Source: Desulfobacteraceae bacterium
GTDB taxonomy: Bacteria; Desulfobacterota; Desulfobacteria; Desulfobacterales; ETH-SRB1
Assembly: GCA_013792055.1 (NCBI GenBank)
Contig: VMSQ01000189.1
Location: 1-39,471, forward strand
Length of the DNA: 39,471 nucleotides
Direction of reading: 5' to 3'
The notes beneath the pieces were generated by a model. That model searched no databases, was not told the origin of the DNA, and saw only the letters and a program-made list of their open reading frames with translations. Within the stretch, counting starts at the first letter, position 1; every line of letters starts with the position of its first letter. Below are positions 20,269-31,024 of this stretch, one piece after another. The position numbers were made by a program, and so were the translations under genes.

Positions 20269-21762
20269 TCAAGTTCTACCATATAATTCGGTCATCTCCC
20301 GCAGCATATCTGACACGAGCGGGGTTAGCCGCCCCTCTTGCAGCCGCCACTGCCAGTTGCCCCCGGCTCTGGCTGGATGGTTCATCCGGGATTCTTGCCC
20401 GAGTCCAAGAAGGTCCTGCATGGAGATGACGGCAATGTTTGCAACGGACATCATGGCCAGGCGAATCATCTCCAGGTGAATTTCCGACGCATCAACGTTT
20501 CGACCCATGTAGTGCAACAGCCGCCTGCGATCCTGGGGGCTCGCTTCGTTGTCATACCACCCCCGGACCGTGTTGTTGTCATGGGTCCCGGGATAAACCA
20601 CGCAATTGCGTTCGAAGTTGTGCGGCGCATGGAGGTTTGTGGGAAGCGATTCATCGAACGCAAACAAAAGGACTTTCATGCCGGGAAATCCGAATGTGCG
20701 CATCACTTCCCTGACATCTGCGGTGATAATGCCAAGGTCTTCGGCAACAATCGGCAGGCAGGCCAACCTTTTGCGCAACTGTTTAAATAGGTCTTCAGCC
20801 GAAGCTTCAACCCACTTTCCGTTAAGGGCGGTTGTTTCGTCTGCCGGAACCTCCCAGCAGGCAACCAGCCCTCGAAAATGATCGATTCTGACCATATCGA
20901 ACCAATCCAGATTACGTGCCGTCCGCTCCACCCACCAGTCATATTTTCTTTCCTTGAGCACATCCCAGCGGTAAACCGGGGTTCCCCAGAGCTGCCCGCT
21001 GGAACTGAAGTAATCAGGGGGCACGCCGGACACCACCAGCGGCTTTTTGTTTGGGTCGAGTTTGAAAATGTCGGCGTGCGCCCAGACGTCCGCACTCTCA
21101 TATTTCATATAAATCGGAATATCTCCAAAAACCCGGATATTTTTTTGGTTGCAATAGGTTTTAAGCGCGCGCCACTGTTTCGCAAAGATATACTGAAGGA
21201 ATTTGTCCCGTTCAACGAGGTCGCCATGCTCTCTTTGAGCGGACGTCAAAGAGCGCGCATCCCGGTCCCGGATATCTTGCGGCCAGTTTGCCCAGGACGC
21301 CCCTTTAAAATGGGTCTTAAGCGCGCTGAACAGAGAAAAATCGTCGAGCCAAAAGGCATTTTTACGGCAGAACCTGTCAAATTCAACGGTCTTTCCGCAG
21401 GTTCTGAAGCGCTCATGGGCCAGGTTAAACAGGCTTTCTTTGTAAGTTCGTACGGCTTTAAAATCCACGCGGTCGTCTGAAAATGGCGGCCTGGAAGCCA
21501 GATCCTGCGGCAGGAGTAAACCCTCTTCCACCAGTAGCTCCGGGCTGATCACCAAGGGATTGCCTGCAAATGCCGAAATGCCGAAATAGGGTGAGCCAAA
21601 AACCGGATCCGCCGGGGTCAACGGTAAAATCTGCCAGATTTGCTGCCCGGATTCTGAGAGAAAATCCGCGAACCGGTAGGCTCGGGGCCCCATGTCCCCA
21701 ATGCCGAAGACGGATGGAAGGGACGTGAGGTGAAGAAGAATTCCGCTGGCTCTATTTATCAT
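20269..21762 (-). CDS. malQ: 4-alpha-glucanotransferase (amylomaltase, GH77)
   Basis: SGILLHLTSLP, GVPPDYFS, RIDHFRG, AEDLG, GTHDN. Confidence 0.95.
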   Translation of the reverse strand: MINRASGILLHLTSLPSVFGIGDMGPRAYRFADFLSESGQQIWQILPLTPADPVFGSPYFGISAFAGNPLVISPELLVEEGLLLPQDLASRPPFSDDRVDFKAVRTYKESLFNLAHERFRTCGKTVEFDRFCRKNAFWLDDFSLFSALKTHFKGASWANWPQDIRDRDARSLTSAQREHGDLVERDKFLQYIFAKQWRALKTYCNQKNIRVFGDIPIYMKYESADVWAHADIFKLDPNKKPLVVSGVPPDYFSSSGQLWGTPVYRWDVLKERKYDWWVERTARNLDWFDMVRIDHFRGLVACWEVPADETTALNGKWVEASAEDLFKQLRKRLACLPIVAEDLGIITADVREVMRTFGFPGMKVLLFAFDESLPTNLHAPHNFERNCVVYPGTHDNNTVRGWYDNEASPQDRRRLLHYMGRNVDASEIHLEMIRLAMMSVANIAVISMQDLLGLGQESRMNHPARAGGNWQWRLQEGRLTPLVSDMLREMTELYGRT

Positions 21763-24580
21763 GGGGGGACCTCCTTTTGCTGATCAACATGGCAACTGGA
21801 AAATACTTCAAGATCTCGGCGATTCGAAGTGAGGTCCTTGCAGAAAAGGACTCACGGGTAAAGACATCTTCCCAGTACGCCGAATGGCCTTCAGGCAGAA
21901 AGACTTCGGTATCCTGCCAGATCGGGATACCGAGCGGAAAATTTCCGATCCTTGCCAGGCCGGTAAAAAACCGGGGCGCTATGGTTACGCTTGTTGAACT
22001 TCCATCGGACCTGGCAAAGGCAAGCACATGCTCCCGATATTTGCCGCAGACGCTCAGAGGCAGATAGGTTCCGGAATCGAAAACAGCTCGGTATCGATTC
22101 CTCGCCCGCAGTGCCGTGCTGATCAAAAAGAGCTTTAGCTTGCCGTCTGCCGGATCCGACAATAGGTCGCCGATCAAGCCCAGTGGGTCGCAAGCGGTCT
22201 TTTTGTCGATCTTTTCAAGAAATGTTCTGCGGTGGTCAAAATCGACCGTCCTGCGATTGTCAGGATCCACCAGATTCAAATCCCACAGTTCGGCGCCCTG
22301 GTAAAAATCCGGAACCCCCGGGGCGGTTATTTTTATCAATACCTGTGAAAGGGAGTTTAAAATCCCATACCAGGCAACCTTCTGCTGGAACGGTAAAAAT
22401 TCGCTTAAAAAAAGATTTTCTTCGCCGGGAGATAAAACCGCTTCTGCAAAAGCAGCCAGGGCTTCCTCATATGCGCTGTTGGGCGTCAGCCATCCGGTAT
22501 TGACTTTAGCCTCCCTGGCCGCTTTAACCACATACGCTTTTATTCTTTCAATAAACAGAGGCAGTTCCCGGTCGTAAAACGGGAAGGTGCCAATCAGGGT
22601 CTGATATAAAAAATACTCTTCATTTTTATCCGGAGCAGGCGCCCCGTTGACCATTTTTTTGCGGTCCCGGTTGATAGCGTGCCAGCGGTCGATGGCCCTT
22701 TTCCATTCTCCGGGCAACTCGGAGAGAACATTGATCCGGGCGCGGACATCCTCCCCCCTCTTGCTGTCATGGGTCGCGGTGGTATTGAGCCCGTGGGGCC
22801 AGCATCTCGCCCGGGTTGTGTTGAATTCGTGAAACATCCGGCGGCGACAGCCGAAGCGTTCGGGGCTTGCCCCGACCTCATTGAGTGAAATCAGCCGGTT
22901 GTAGACATAAAAGAACGTATCTTCGTATCCCTTGGCCATCAGCGCGCTGCTGAGTTGCTGGAATTTCAGGGCCGTCCGGATCCACAACTTCTTGTTGATG
23001 TCGGCGGCGTTTTTGCCGGGGAGCGCTTTTTCGTAATCGAGCAGCAGCACGTGCTGGATCAAGGCCAGTTCAGGAGCCAGGTCCGGATTATCCCGGGATG
23101 CCCGTTGGATACAGGCCTGGATCAATTTCCGGTCCAGCGCACCGGCGCCCTCCGGGACGATGTAGGTGCGATAAACGGGAAGCCGGGTCAGGGTCTCGGC
23201 CAGGGCCCGTTTCAACCGGTTCGAGGTCATGTCTGCCCCCTGGCGAAGAGCGCCGGCGATCGGTTTCATCAGCCGGGCAAGATTATCAAGATCCCCGCTC
23301 ATCTGCCGGGTTAAAACCCGCTGTTTTATTTCCCGGAGGATATCGGGGCCGGTGGTATCCGGCCCGGTGAATTCCGCATATATTTTTTCAAACCGGTGTG
23401 CCTGCGCGCGGCGGCAGAACACCGCGTTTAACACGGCGCCAAATTCGTACCCGGTGGTACCCTGAACTGGCCAGTCTTGCGCAAGCGGTTCTTCGGGTCC
23501 CAGAATTTTTTCGACAACGATGTAAAGGTCTCCTGCCTTTTCTCTGAGTTTTCGCAGGTAGGCCGCCGGGTCATAAAGCCCGTCAATGTGGTCGATCCTC
23601 AGACCCGAAAACTGTTTTTTACGGCTAAGCCTGAAGATCAAATCATGGGTGTGATTAAACACCGCTTCGTTTTCGACCCGCAGGGCAATCAATTCATTGA
23701 TATCAAAAAACCGTCGATAGTTGATTTCCGTTGCAGCGACTTTCCAATAAGCGAGTCGATATATCTGTTGGCTAAGGAGCCGGTCGAGCGCATTGAAGCT
23801 TTCAGGAAAACCTTTTCTTCCATTGTACGCCCGAAGGGTCTTTTCGACAAGCTGCTGAAAAGGTTGCCGGGTGCAATAAAGATCCCATAAGGTGTTTTTT
23901 ATAAAATGCAATTGCTGCTTTTGCAAAGCGTCCATCTTATTGTTGCAAAGCGCATTGAGTTGGCGCCATAGATTCTGCAATACTGTGAAAATGGGGCGCT
24001 CTTTTTGCAGTCTTTTCTTAAATTCCGCCAGCAGATCGGCCAGGATTGCGACAAAGGTTTCTATCTTCACCGGAAAGCGCTGCCGGTAGTACTGAATCGA
24101 AAAACCGGCGGCGTCATACGCCAGCTTGATTTCTCCGTTTTCAAGGGATTCTCCGTAAGGACGACCCAAAAATGGCGCCAGCAGCCTGCCTTTCATATTC
24201 TCGGCCGGGTGGTCCCAGTCGATGTCAAAAAAATTATAATAGACTGATTGTGCGCCGTTTTCGAGGACATCCATAAGCATCAAGTTGCCGGGGTCAAAGG
24301 CCATGTGGTTGGGGACAATGTCCTGCAGCCACCCCAGGCGGTATGTTTTTACCGTTGCCATAAGCGTTTCAAATGCTGACAAACCGCCCAGTTCGGGATT
24401 CAGTTGGTTGGCGTCGGTGATGTCGTAGCCGTGAAGGCTCCCTTTTCCGGCTTTGAATATGGGAGCGGCGTAAACGTCGGAAATGCCGAGATCCGCAAGA
24501 TAGGAAATGACCTGGGCTGCGGTCTGAAAGCCGAAATCGGCATTAAACTGGAGCCGGTATGTCGCCATGGGAATCCGCAT
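21752..24580 (-). CDS. treY: Malto-oligosyltrehalose synthase
   Basis: [48 protein letters not shown]; ATG 24580 follows an AAGGA RBS. Confidence 0.95.
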   Translation of the reverse strand: MRIPMATYRLQFNADFGFQTAAQVISYLADLGISDVYAAPIFKAGKGSLHGYDITDANQLNPELGGLSAFETLMATVKTYRLGWLQDIVPNHMAFDPGNLMLMDVLENGAQSVYYNFFDIDWDHPAENMKGRLLAPFLGRPYGESLENGEIKLAYDAAGFSIQYYRQRFPVKIETFVAILADLLAEFKKRLQKERPIFTVLQNLWRQLNALCNNKMDALQKQQLHFIKNTLWDLYCTRQPFQQLVEKTLRAYNGRKGFPESFNALDRLLSQQIYRLAYWKVAATEINYRRFFDINELIALRVENEAVFNHTHDLIFRLSRKKQFSGLRIDHIDGLYDPAAYLRKLREKAGDLYIVVEKILGPEEPLAQDWPVQGTTGYEFGAVLNAVFCRRAQAHRFEKIYAEFTGPDTTGPDILREIKQRVLTRQMSGDLDNLARLMKPIAGALRQGADMTSNRLKRALAETLTRLPVYRTYIVPEGAGALDRKLIQACIQRASRDNPDLAPELALIQHVLLLDYEKALPGKNAADINKKLWIRTALKFQQLSSALMAKGYEDTFFYVYNRLISLNEVGASPERFGCRRRMFHEFNTTRARCWPHGLNTTATHDSKRGEDVRARINVLSELPGEWKRAIDRWHAINRDRKKMVNGAPAPDKNEEYFLYQTLIGTFPFYDRELPLFIERIKAYVVKAAREAKVNTGWLTPNSAYEEALAAFAEAVLSPGEENLFLSEFLPFQQKVAWYGILNSLSQVLIKITAPGVPDFYQGAELWDLNLVDPDNRRTVDFDHRRTFLEKIDKKTACDPLGLIGDLLSDPADGKLKLFLISTALRARNRYRAVFDSGTYLPLSVCGKYREHVLAFARSDGSSTSVTIAPRFFTGLARIGNFPLGIPIWQDTEVFLPEGHSAYWEDVFTRESFSARTSLRIAEILKYFPVAMLISKRRSPHDK

Positions 24581-24590
24581 GCAACCATCC

Positions 24591-27017
24591 TTACGAAATC
24601 GCCATGGAAAGCGCCTCTCCCAGAATTGTGAAGAGTTCCTTCCAGCGGATGGCATCCGCATCGCCTTCGGCGGACTTTTTCAGTACATCGAGATATAGGC
24701 TCTGGTGGATGCTGTGATAGTGGTTTTGAACCGTGCGGAGGTTCACCGTAAAGGATAAATTACGCGTCAGTGCGACCCCTGTTTCCAACTTTTCCAGCAA
24801 ACCGATGCCAAGCGGTTGGGCCATAAATTGTTCCATCATGGCTTCCAGGCGCTTTCTGAGCGCAAACTCCAGCGTTTTGTCGTCCAGGGACAGTCCCACC
24901 ATCCTGGCCTCCTCGAGCTGTGCGGCAATGTAAGCCGAGTCGAATGGCTCGCTTTCAAAAGCCTCTTGAAGCCTGGCATTAAGGACTATCTCGGCGGCCG
25001 TATACAGAACTTTCGGTTTGGGTATATTTAACTCCTGGATAAACCGCATCATCGGGGCGTTGTTTTGATATACCTGCCGGTAGACCGCCTCAGCTTCAGC
25101 CAGAGTCTGATCCAGGATCACGTCCATGATTTTGCGCTGTTCATCCCGGAAAATCGTTCTAAGGGAATACATGGCGGCAGCAAAGTGCTGGTCGAGCAGG
25201 CGCAGGGTTTCCGGAAAATCGGCCCGGTTGAACGGTTCGGAAACTTTCTCGATCAGCGCCAGGTAGGTCTCTTCTGACCCGTAGCCCCTTACGCCGCAGA
25301 CCAGGGTATGCTCCCCGAGGTGCAGGACTCCGAAGTAAAACCGGGCTGATTTTTGCGTTATCGTGGAGGTAATGTTTGCCCGTCCAAATACAAGCCTGGC
25401 CTTTCCGGTTTCGCTGATCCGGTAATCTTCCCGGGTGGCGGTATAACAATATACAGGGGCGGATGTGTCGTATTCATTGAACAGAGAACTCATTGCGTAA
25501 TGGGCGCACACCTTATCCAGATCGACCATGGCGGGTCTGACAAATTTTTCGTAAATCCGGCGCCCGTTGCCATGATCGGGTATATTGCTGTGTGCCTGCT
25601 CAAGAAGCTCCAGAAAACCGGATTCCATTTCGCGGCCGAACGTTTCCTGGAAAATCTGAAGAACCCGCCCCGCATACTGAATGATCTGGACGGTCTCGAT
25701 ACCGGACAGGTCGTCAAAAAACCATCCGCAACTGGTGTACATGAGCATGGCGTGGCGTTGAAGCTCAAGCAGCTTAAGCACAATGATCCGTTCCTCTGCG
25801 GTCAGTGTCCGGCTCGCGTGCCGGTCCAGAAAATGTTCCAGGTTTTGCGGGGATCGATTGAGAATGATCTCGATATAGTCATTTCGGGCTTCCCATGGAT
25901 CTTTAAGCAACGCTTGGGCCTTTTCTTTGTAGGCCGGGTTGACGGTGTCCCGCAGCCAGTCCAGGGCTGTCCGAAGCGGCTGCCGCCATTCCTGGCCCCA
26001 ATCTATATTTTGACCGGAGCAGCAGCCGCAGTCGGAGCGCCAGCGCTCAATGCCATGGACACAACTCCAGGATGTGTTCTCAAAGATTTCGACCTCATGT
26101 TCGGGTGGATATTTCTCCAGAAATTCCCCGTAATTGGTAATTTTTGCCGATCCTTGGGATTCAATGTAATGAAGGGCATAAGCCAGCGCCCTGTCCGCAA
26201 AGCGCCGGTGGTGGCCGTAAGTTTCTCCGTCCGTGGCGATATGTATCAGTTGCGGCCCTGAGCGGTCTTTTGAGAAAACATTTAAAAGCCGCTTGGCAAA
26301 GGCTTCGCCACTGACCAGAAGCCTTTCAAAAGCAATCGCTTTGGAAATGGGACCATCGTAGAAAAAAAGGGAAATGCTGCGCCCCGACGGAAGGTTCAAG
26401 CAATAGGCCCGGGAAGGATCGATATTTTCGCCGCTGACATCCTGCCAGGCTTCTTCACCTACAGGCCTGATTCGGTGCGCCTGGCGGGGCGCCAGAAGGG
26501 TAAAGCGGATCCCCAGCTCGGCGAGCACGTCCAGCGACTCCAGATCCACGGCGGTTTCCGGAAGCCACATTCCTTCGGGCTGTCGCCCGAACCGGTGCTC
26601 AAAGTCCCGGATGCCCCAGAGCACCTGGGTGTACTTGTCGCGGCGGTTGGCTAGTGGAAGAATCATGTGGTTATAGGCCTGGGCCATAGCCGAGCCGTGT
26701 CCTGAAAAGGTTTGCAGGCTTTCGCGATCCGCCTCCACTATGGCGGCATAAACATCCGGCGCCTTCTGCTCCAGCCATGCCAGCAGGGTCGGGCCGAAGT
26801 TGAAACTGATCCTGGCATAGTTGTTGACGATCTGGGCGATACGGGAGCGGTCATCGAGAATCCGCGAGGTGGCGTTGCTGGCATAGCATTCCGTTGTGAT
26901 CTTTTCGTTCCAGTCATGATAGGGATAGGCCGAATCCTGAAGCTCAATGGCTTCCAGCCAGGGATTATCCCGCGGCGGCTGGTAAAAGTGGCCGTGAATG
27001 CATATGTAATGATCCAT
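24591..27017 (-). CDS. GH57-family / DUF3536 domain protein
   Basis: HGHFYQPPR, GMWLPETAVD, ATDGETYGHH, MYTSCGWFFD. Confidence 0.9.
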   Translation of the reverse strand: MDHYICIHGHFYQPPRDNPWLEAIELQDSAYPYHDWNEKITTECYASNATSRILDDRSRIAQIVNNYARISFNFGPTLLAWLEQKAPDVYAAIVEADRESLQTFSGHGSAMAQAYNHMILPLANRRDKYTQVLWGIRDFEHRFGRQPEGMWLPETAVDLESLDVLAELGIRFTLLAPRQAHRIRPVGEEAWQDVSGENIDPSRAYCLNLPSGRSISLFFYDGPISKAIAFERLLVSGEAFAKRLLNVFSKDRSGPQLIHIATDGETYGHHRRFADRALAYALHYIESQGSAKITNYGEFLEKYPPEHEVEIFENTSWSCVHGIERWRSDCGCCSGQNIDWGQEWRQPLRTALDWLRDTVNPAYKEKAQALLKDPWEARNDYIEIILNRSPQNLEHFLDRHASRTLTAEERIIVLKLLELQRHAMLMYTSCGWFFDDLSGIETVQIIQYAGRVLQIFQETFGREMESGFLELLEQAHSNIPDHGNGRRIYEKFVRPAMVDLDKVCAHYAMSSLFNEYDTSAPVYCYTATREDYRISETGKARLVFGRANITSTITQKSARFYFGVLHLGEHTLVCGVRGYGSEETYLALIEKVSEPFNRADFPETLRLLDQHFAAAMYSLRTIFRDEQRKIMDVILDQTLAEAEAVYRQVYQNNAPMMRFIQELNIPKPKVLYTAAEIVLNARLQEAFESEPFDSAYIAAQLEEARMVGLSLDDKTLEFALRKRLEAMMEQFMAQPLGIGLLEKLETGVALTRNLSFTVNLRTVQNHYHSIHQSLYLDVLKKSAEGDADAIRWKELFTILGEALSMAIS

Positions 27018-27044
27018 AATAACTCCTGTTCTTCCGTTTTAAAT

Positions 27045-28937
27045 TTAAAATATATCGGGCCAAAGGCCCGGGTCCGTCTCCATTGGCGCTGAGGGATATT
27101 TTGCGGCCGGCTTCTTGACCAGCAATAACAGCGAGTGTGGCTTCCGGTCAAGGCTGATCGTCTCGCTGAAAAAAAGATCGCCAGGCGTGGCGCTTCCCGG
27201 TCCCCGCCAGCATGTATCGGCCGAATCCATCGCCTTTTTCCACCTGCCCGGGGAAACGCGGACAGCAACGGATCCGGAAACATCGCTGAAATTGAACACC
27301 GCCAAGGCCTCATCCCTATCACTCCAGCGCCGGATGAGAAGAATTTTCTTTTGATTCAGTCCCACCACTTCCATATTTTTTTTATTAAGGGATGATAGGG
27401 CCCGGATTTCTTTTCGCAGCCGCATCAGTTGCCGGTAATATTCATAAATCACCCGGTGGGGGTCCTGGTAGCGCAGATGATGGTTGAGCCGGGCATTTAA
27501 AAAAGTGGTTTCATCCTGTGGATCCGGGGGCTCTGCCTGCCAACTGAAACCGGCAAACTCCAGACGCCTTCCCTGCCGGACAGCCTTAACCAGATCCGGG
27601 TCCGAATGACTGATAAAATACGCAAATCGTGCCGTCTCACCGTATTCTTCACCCATAAAGAGCAAGGGTATAAAAGGAGAGAGTAGAAGCGTGGCGGCAG
27701 TCAGTTTTAACTGCTCCAGTGTGACCAGCTCGCTCAACCGTTCTCCTTGCATGCGGTTGCCCACCTGGTCGTGATTCTGAGCAAAGACAATTAGACGTCG
27801 GGCCGGGATATCCCGTGATGAACTGCCATGCCGGCGTTTTCTGTATTGCGAATATCGGCCGGCGTAAACAAAGCCCTCCCGCCAGGCTGTGACCAGATCC
27901 CGGAAATGACCGAAATCCTGATAGTACCCCTCCTGCTCACCGGTCAAAACGGTGTGGAGCGCGTGGTGAAAGTCGTCATTCCACTGGGCATCGAGACCGT
28001 ATCCGCCTAGGACCCCGGGCCGGATTAGCCGCGGGTCGTTGAGGGCGCTTTCGGCAATGACGTAAATCCTGCGGTTTAAACGGTCCCCCTGGCAGTGAAC
28101 AGCATGGGCAAGTGCTTCTAAAAAGGGCTTGGCGGAAAAATCAAAAATGGCGTGAACCGCATCCAGCCGAAGGGCATCCATGTGGAATTGACCGGTCCAG
28201 TAAAGGGCGTTTTCGATAAAAAAGCGCCGGACATCATCGCTGAATTCCCCATCGAAATTTATGGCCCATCCCCACGGGGTTTTATACCGGTCGGTAAAGT
28301 AGGACCCAAAATCACCCAGGTAGTTTCCTTCCGGGCCAAGGTGATTGTAAACAACATCCAGAACAACAGCGATCCCTTTTTGGTGGCAGGCATTCACCAA
28401 TCGTTTAAGGCCCGAAGGTCCACCATAGGAATTTTGAACGGCAAACGGGTAGGCGCCGTCATATCCCCAGTTTCGTGCACCGGGAAACTGGGCCACAGGC
28501 ATCAGTTCAATTGCTGTAATGCCAAGCGTTTTCAGATCATCTAAAAAAGGAATGACCGCATCAAAGGTGCCTTCCGTGGTGAATGTTCCCACATGCAGTT
28601 CATACAGGATATAGCGGGAAAGGGGCAGACCGGACCATGCAATGTCCTCCCAGGGGAAATTCGTCGCAACCACCTCCGATGGCCCGTGCACTCCCTGGGG
28701 CTGATAACGGGAGGCCGGATCAGGCCGTTTTTTCTGCTGATCCAGGCAGTACATATAAAGACTTCCAGGCTTGACCCCTTCTGCAAGAACATCATGATAT
28801 CCGCCGGGCCGTCTTTCCATCGCGATGACGCTCGGTTCCGGAGAAAGGATCTGGACTACGACCTCGTTTGCAAAGGGCGCCCACACCTCAAACCGGCAAA
28901 CGCCGTCTCCCATATAGGTGGCGCCAAGATTGTTCAT
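27045..28937 (-). CDS. treZ: Malto-oligosyltrehalose trehalohydrolase
   Basis: [34 protein letters not shown]. Confidence 0.95.
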   Translation of the reverse strand: MNNLGATYMGDGVCRFEVWAPFANEVVVQILSPEPSVIAMERRPGGYHDVLAEGVKPGSLYMYCLDQQKKRPDPASRYQPQGVHGPSEVVATNFPWEDIAWSGLPLSRYILYELHVGTFTTEGTFDAVIPFLDDLKTLGITAIELMPVAQFPGARNWGYDGAYPFAVQNSYGGPSGLKRLVNACHQKGIAVVLDVVYNHLGPEGNYLGDFGSYFTDRYKTPWGWAINFDGEFSDDVRRFFIENALYWTGQFHMDALRLDAVHAIFDFSAKPFLEALAHAVHCQGDRLNRRIYVIAESALNDPRLIRPGVLGGYGLDAQWNDDFHHALHTVLTGEQEGYYQDFGHFRDLVTAWREGFVYAGRYSQYRKRRHGSSSRDIPARRLIVFAQNHDQVGNRMQGERLSELVTLEQLKLTAATLLLSPFIPLLFMGEEYGETARFAYFISHSDPDLVKAVRQGRRLEFAGFSWQAEPPDPQDETTFLNARLNHHLRYQDPHRVIYEYYRQLMRLRKEIRALSSLNKKNMEVVGLNQKKILLIRRWSDRDEALAVFNFSDVSGSVAVRVSPGRWKKAMDSADTCWRGPGSATPGDLFFSETISLDRKPHSLLLLVKKPAAKYPSAPMETDPGLWPDIF

Positions 28938-30910
28938 AATTCTTCTTCTTCGTTTTTGAAAAATATGACCGCCAGAGGGGGAAGAGCCATTGTGATCGAA
29001 TAGGGTCTGCCGTGAAACGGAACAGGGGCGGCTGTCACGCCCCCCATGGTTCCCCAGCCGCTTCCGCCGTAGTCTTTGGCATCACTGTTGATCACCTCCC
29101 GCCAGACCCCGGCACGGGGAGCTCCGATCCGGTAATTGAGCCGTGGAACCGGCGTAAAATTGAACACCACGATCATCAAATCTCCGGCCGCGCACCCCCG
29201 GCGAATGAGGCTCAGGGTACTCTGCCGGGAATCGTTGCAATCGATCCATTCAAAGCCCCCGGCGGTAAAGTCAAGTTCATGCAGGGCCGGTTCACGCTGA
29301 TACATTCGATTTAGATCTTCGACCCATCGCTGCAGGCCTGAATGCAGTGGATTGTTGAGGAGGTGCCAGTCCAGGCTCTGATCGTGATTCCATTCAGCTT
29401 CCTGTCCAAACTCCGCGCCCATGAAAATCAGCTTTTTCCCGGGCTGGGCAAACATGTTACCGAAGAGCAGCCTGAGGTTGGCAAACTTTTGCCAAGGATC
29501 ACCGGGCATTTTCCCCAGCAGCGAGCCCTTTCCATGGACCACCTCATCGTGGGAAAGCGGAAGCACGTAATTTTCGTGAAAGGCATACAGCATCCGAAAA
29601 TTCAGCTTGCTATGATGATATGATCGATAGACAGGGGCTTGGGACATATATTCGAGCGTGTCATGCATCCAGCCCATATCCCATTTCATGTCAAAACCCA
29701 GCCCGCCGATATAGGTGTTTCTGGAAACCATCGGCCATGCCGTTGATTCTTCTGCGATTGTCATCGCCTGGGGATAATTCCGATTGATCTCCTCATTTAA
29801 GCGCCGTAAAAATGCGATGGCTTCTAAATTTTCCCTGCCGCCGTAACGATTGGGCACCCACTCTCCCTGCTTCCGGGAATAGTCCAGGTAAAGCATTGAG
29901 GCGACGGCATCCACCCGCAGGCCGTCAACGTGATATTTGTCCAGCCAGAACAGCGCGCTGCTGATCAAAAAACTGATCACTTCCTGGCGGCCGTAATTGA
30001 AAATATCGCTCTTCCAGTCGGGGTGGAATCCCTGCCGGGGATCGGCATGTTCAAAGAGGTGGGTTCCATCAAAATAGCCCAGGCCATGCTCGTCGCTGGG
30101 AAAATGAGAAGGAACCCAGTCCAGAATGACGCCGATCCCTTTTTGATGAAGATAGTCGATGAGATACATCAAGTCCTGAGGGGTTCCGTACCGCCTGGTG
30201 GGCGCGAAATATCCAACGGTTTGATAACCCCAGGACCCGTAAAAGGGATGCTCGGTTATCGGCAGAAATTCCACATGGGTAAAACCCATCCGGGTGATGT
30301 ATTCGGCCAGCACAGGGGCAAGCTCCCGATAGGTCAGCGGACGGTTGTCATCTTCAGGCACCCGCCGCCAGGATCCGATATGCACTTCATAAATGATCAT
30401 TGGCGCTTCAGGGGCGTTTCGCGGCCCCCTTTTATCCATCCACTCCTGATCCCGCCACTGATATTCCAGTTCCCATGCAACCGATGCGGTTAAAGGGGGC
30501 GCTTCATAACAGAGGGCAAAGGGGTCGGCCTTGTTCACACGGTAGTTTTGGACCCGTGAGATGATATGGTATTTGTAAACATCCCCGTTTTTGATCCCCG
30601 GGATGAAACCTTCCCAGAGTCCTGACTGCTCCCTGGGGCGCAGCGGATGGCTTTCTTTATCCCAGCCATTGAAATCCCCGATGACACAGACCCGGGCGGC
30701 ATTGGGGGCCCAAACGGAAAACACGGCGCCCTCAAGGCCTTTCTGCTTAACAAGGCGAGCGCCCATTTTTTCGTAGAGCTGAAAATGATTCCCCTGGTTG
30801 AAAAGATAAATATCCTCTTCGGACAGAAGATGACGATCATTTTGAATGGCTTTGTTTGCCTCCGAAGCGGGATGGCTCTGGTTTTCTCCTTTTTTGCCGT
30901 CCTGTGACAT
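28934..30910 (-). CDS. glgB: 1,4-alpha-glucan branching enzyme
   Basis: [41 protein letters not shown]; ATG 30910 follows GGAGG. Confidence 0.96.
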   Translation of the reverse strand: MSQDGKKGENQSHPASEANKAIQNDRHLLSEEDIYLFNQGNHFQLYEKMGARLVKQKGLEGAVFSVWAPNAARVCVIGDFNGWDKESHPLRPREQSGLWEGFIPGIKNGDVYKYHIISRVQNYRVNKADPFALCYEAPPLTASVAWELEYQWRDQEWMDKRGPRNAPEAPMIIYEVHIGSWRRVPEDDNRPLTYRELAPVLAEYITRMGFTHVEFLPITEHPFYGSWGYQTVGYFAPTRRYGTPQDLMYLIDYLHQKGIGVILDWVPSHFPSDEHGLGYFDGTHLFEHADPRQGFHPDWKSDIFNYGRQEVISFLISSALFWLDKYHVDGLRVDAVASMLYLDYSRKQGEWVPNRYGGRENLEAIAFLRRLNEEINRNYPQAMTIAEESTAWPMVSRNTYIGGLGFDMKWDMGWMHDTLEYMSQAPVYRSYHHSKLNFRMLYAFHENYVLPLSHDEVVHGKGSLLGKMPGDPWQKFANLRLLFGNMFAQPGKKLIFMGAEFGQEAEWNHDQSLDWHLLNNPLHSGLQRWVEDLNRMYQREPALHELDFTAGGFEWIDCNDSRQSTLSLIRRGCAAGDLMIVVFNFTPVPRLNYRIGAPRAGVWREVINSDAKDYGGSGWGTMGGVTAAPVPFHGRPYSITMALPPLAVIFFKNEEEEL

Positions 30911-30948
30911 GATTACCTCCACCGCTGACTAAAATGAGCTGAAGTTTT

Positions 30949-30987
30949 GAGTGACTTCTCACGTCACTCCGCATTTCGCACTCCGAA
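30949..30987. repeat. Intergenic hairpin plus three heptamer repeats
   Basis: GAGTGAC-N7-GTCACTC followed by CTCCGCA TTTCGCA CTCCGAA. Confidence 0.55.
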
Positions 30988-31024
30988 TTCCCCCATATCC
31001 CGTTATTCCAATTGGGCGAAACCC

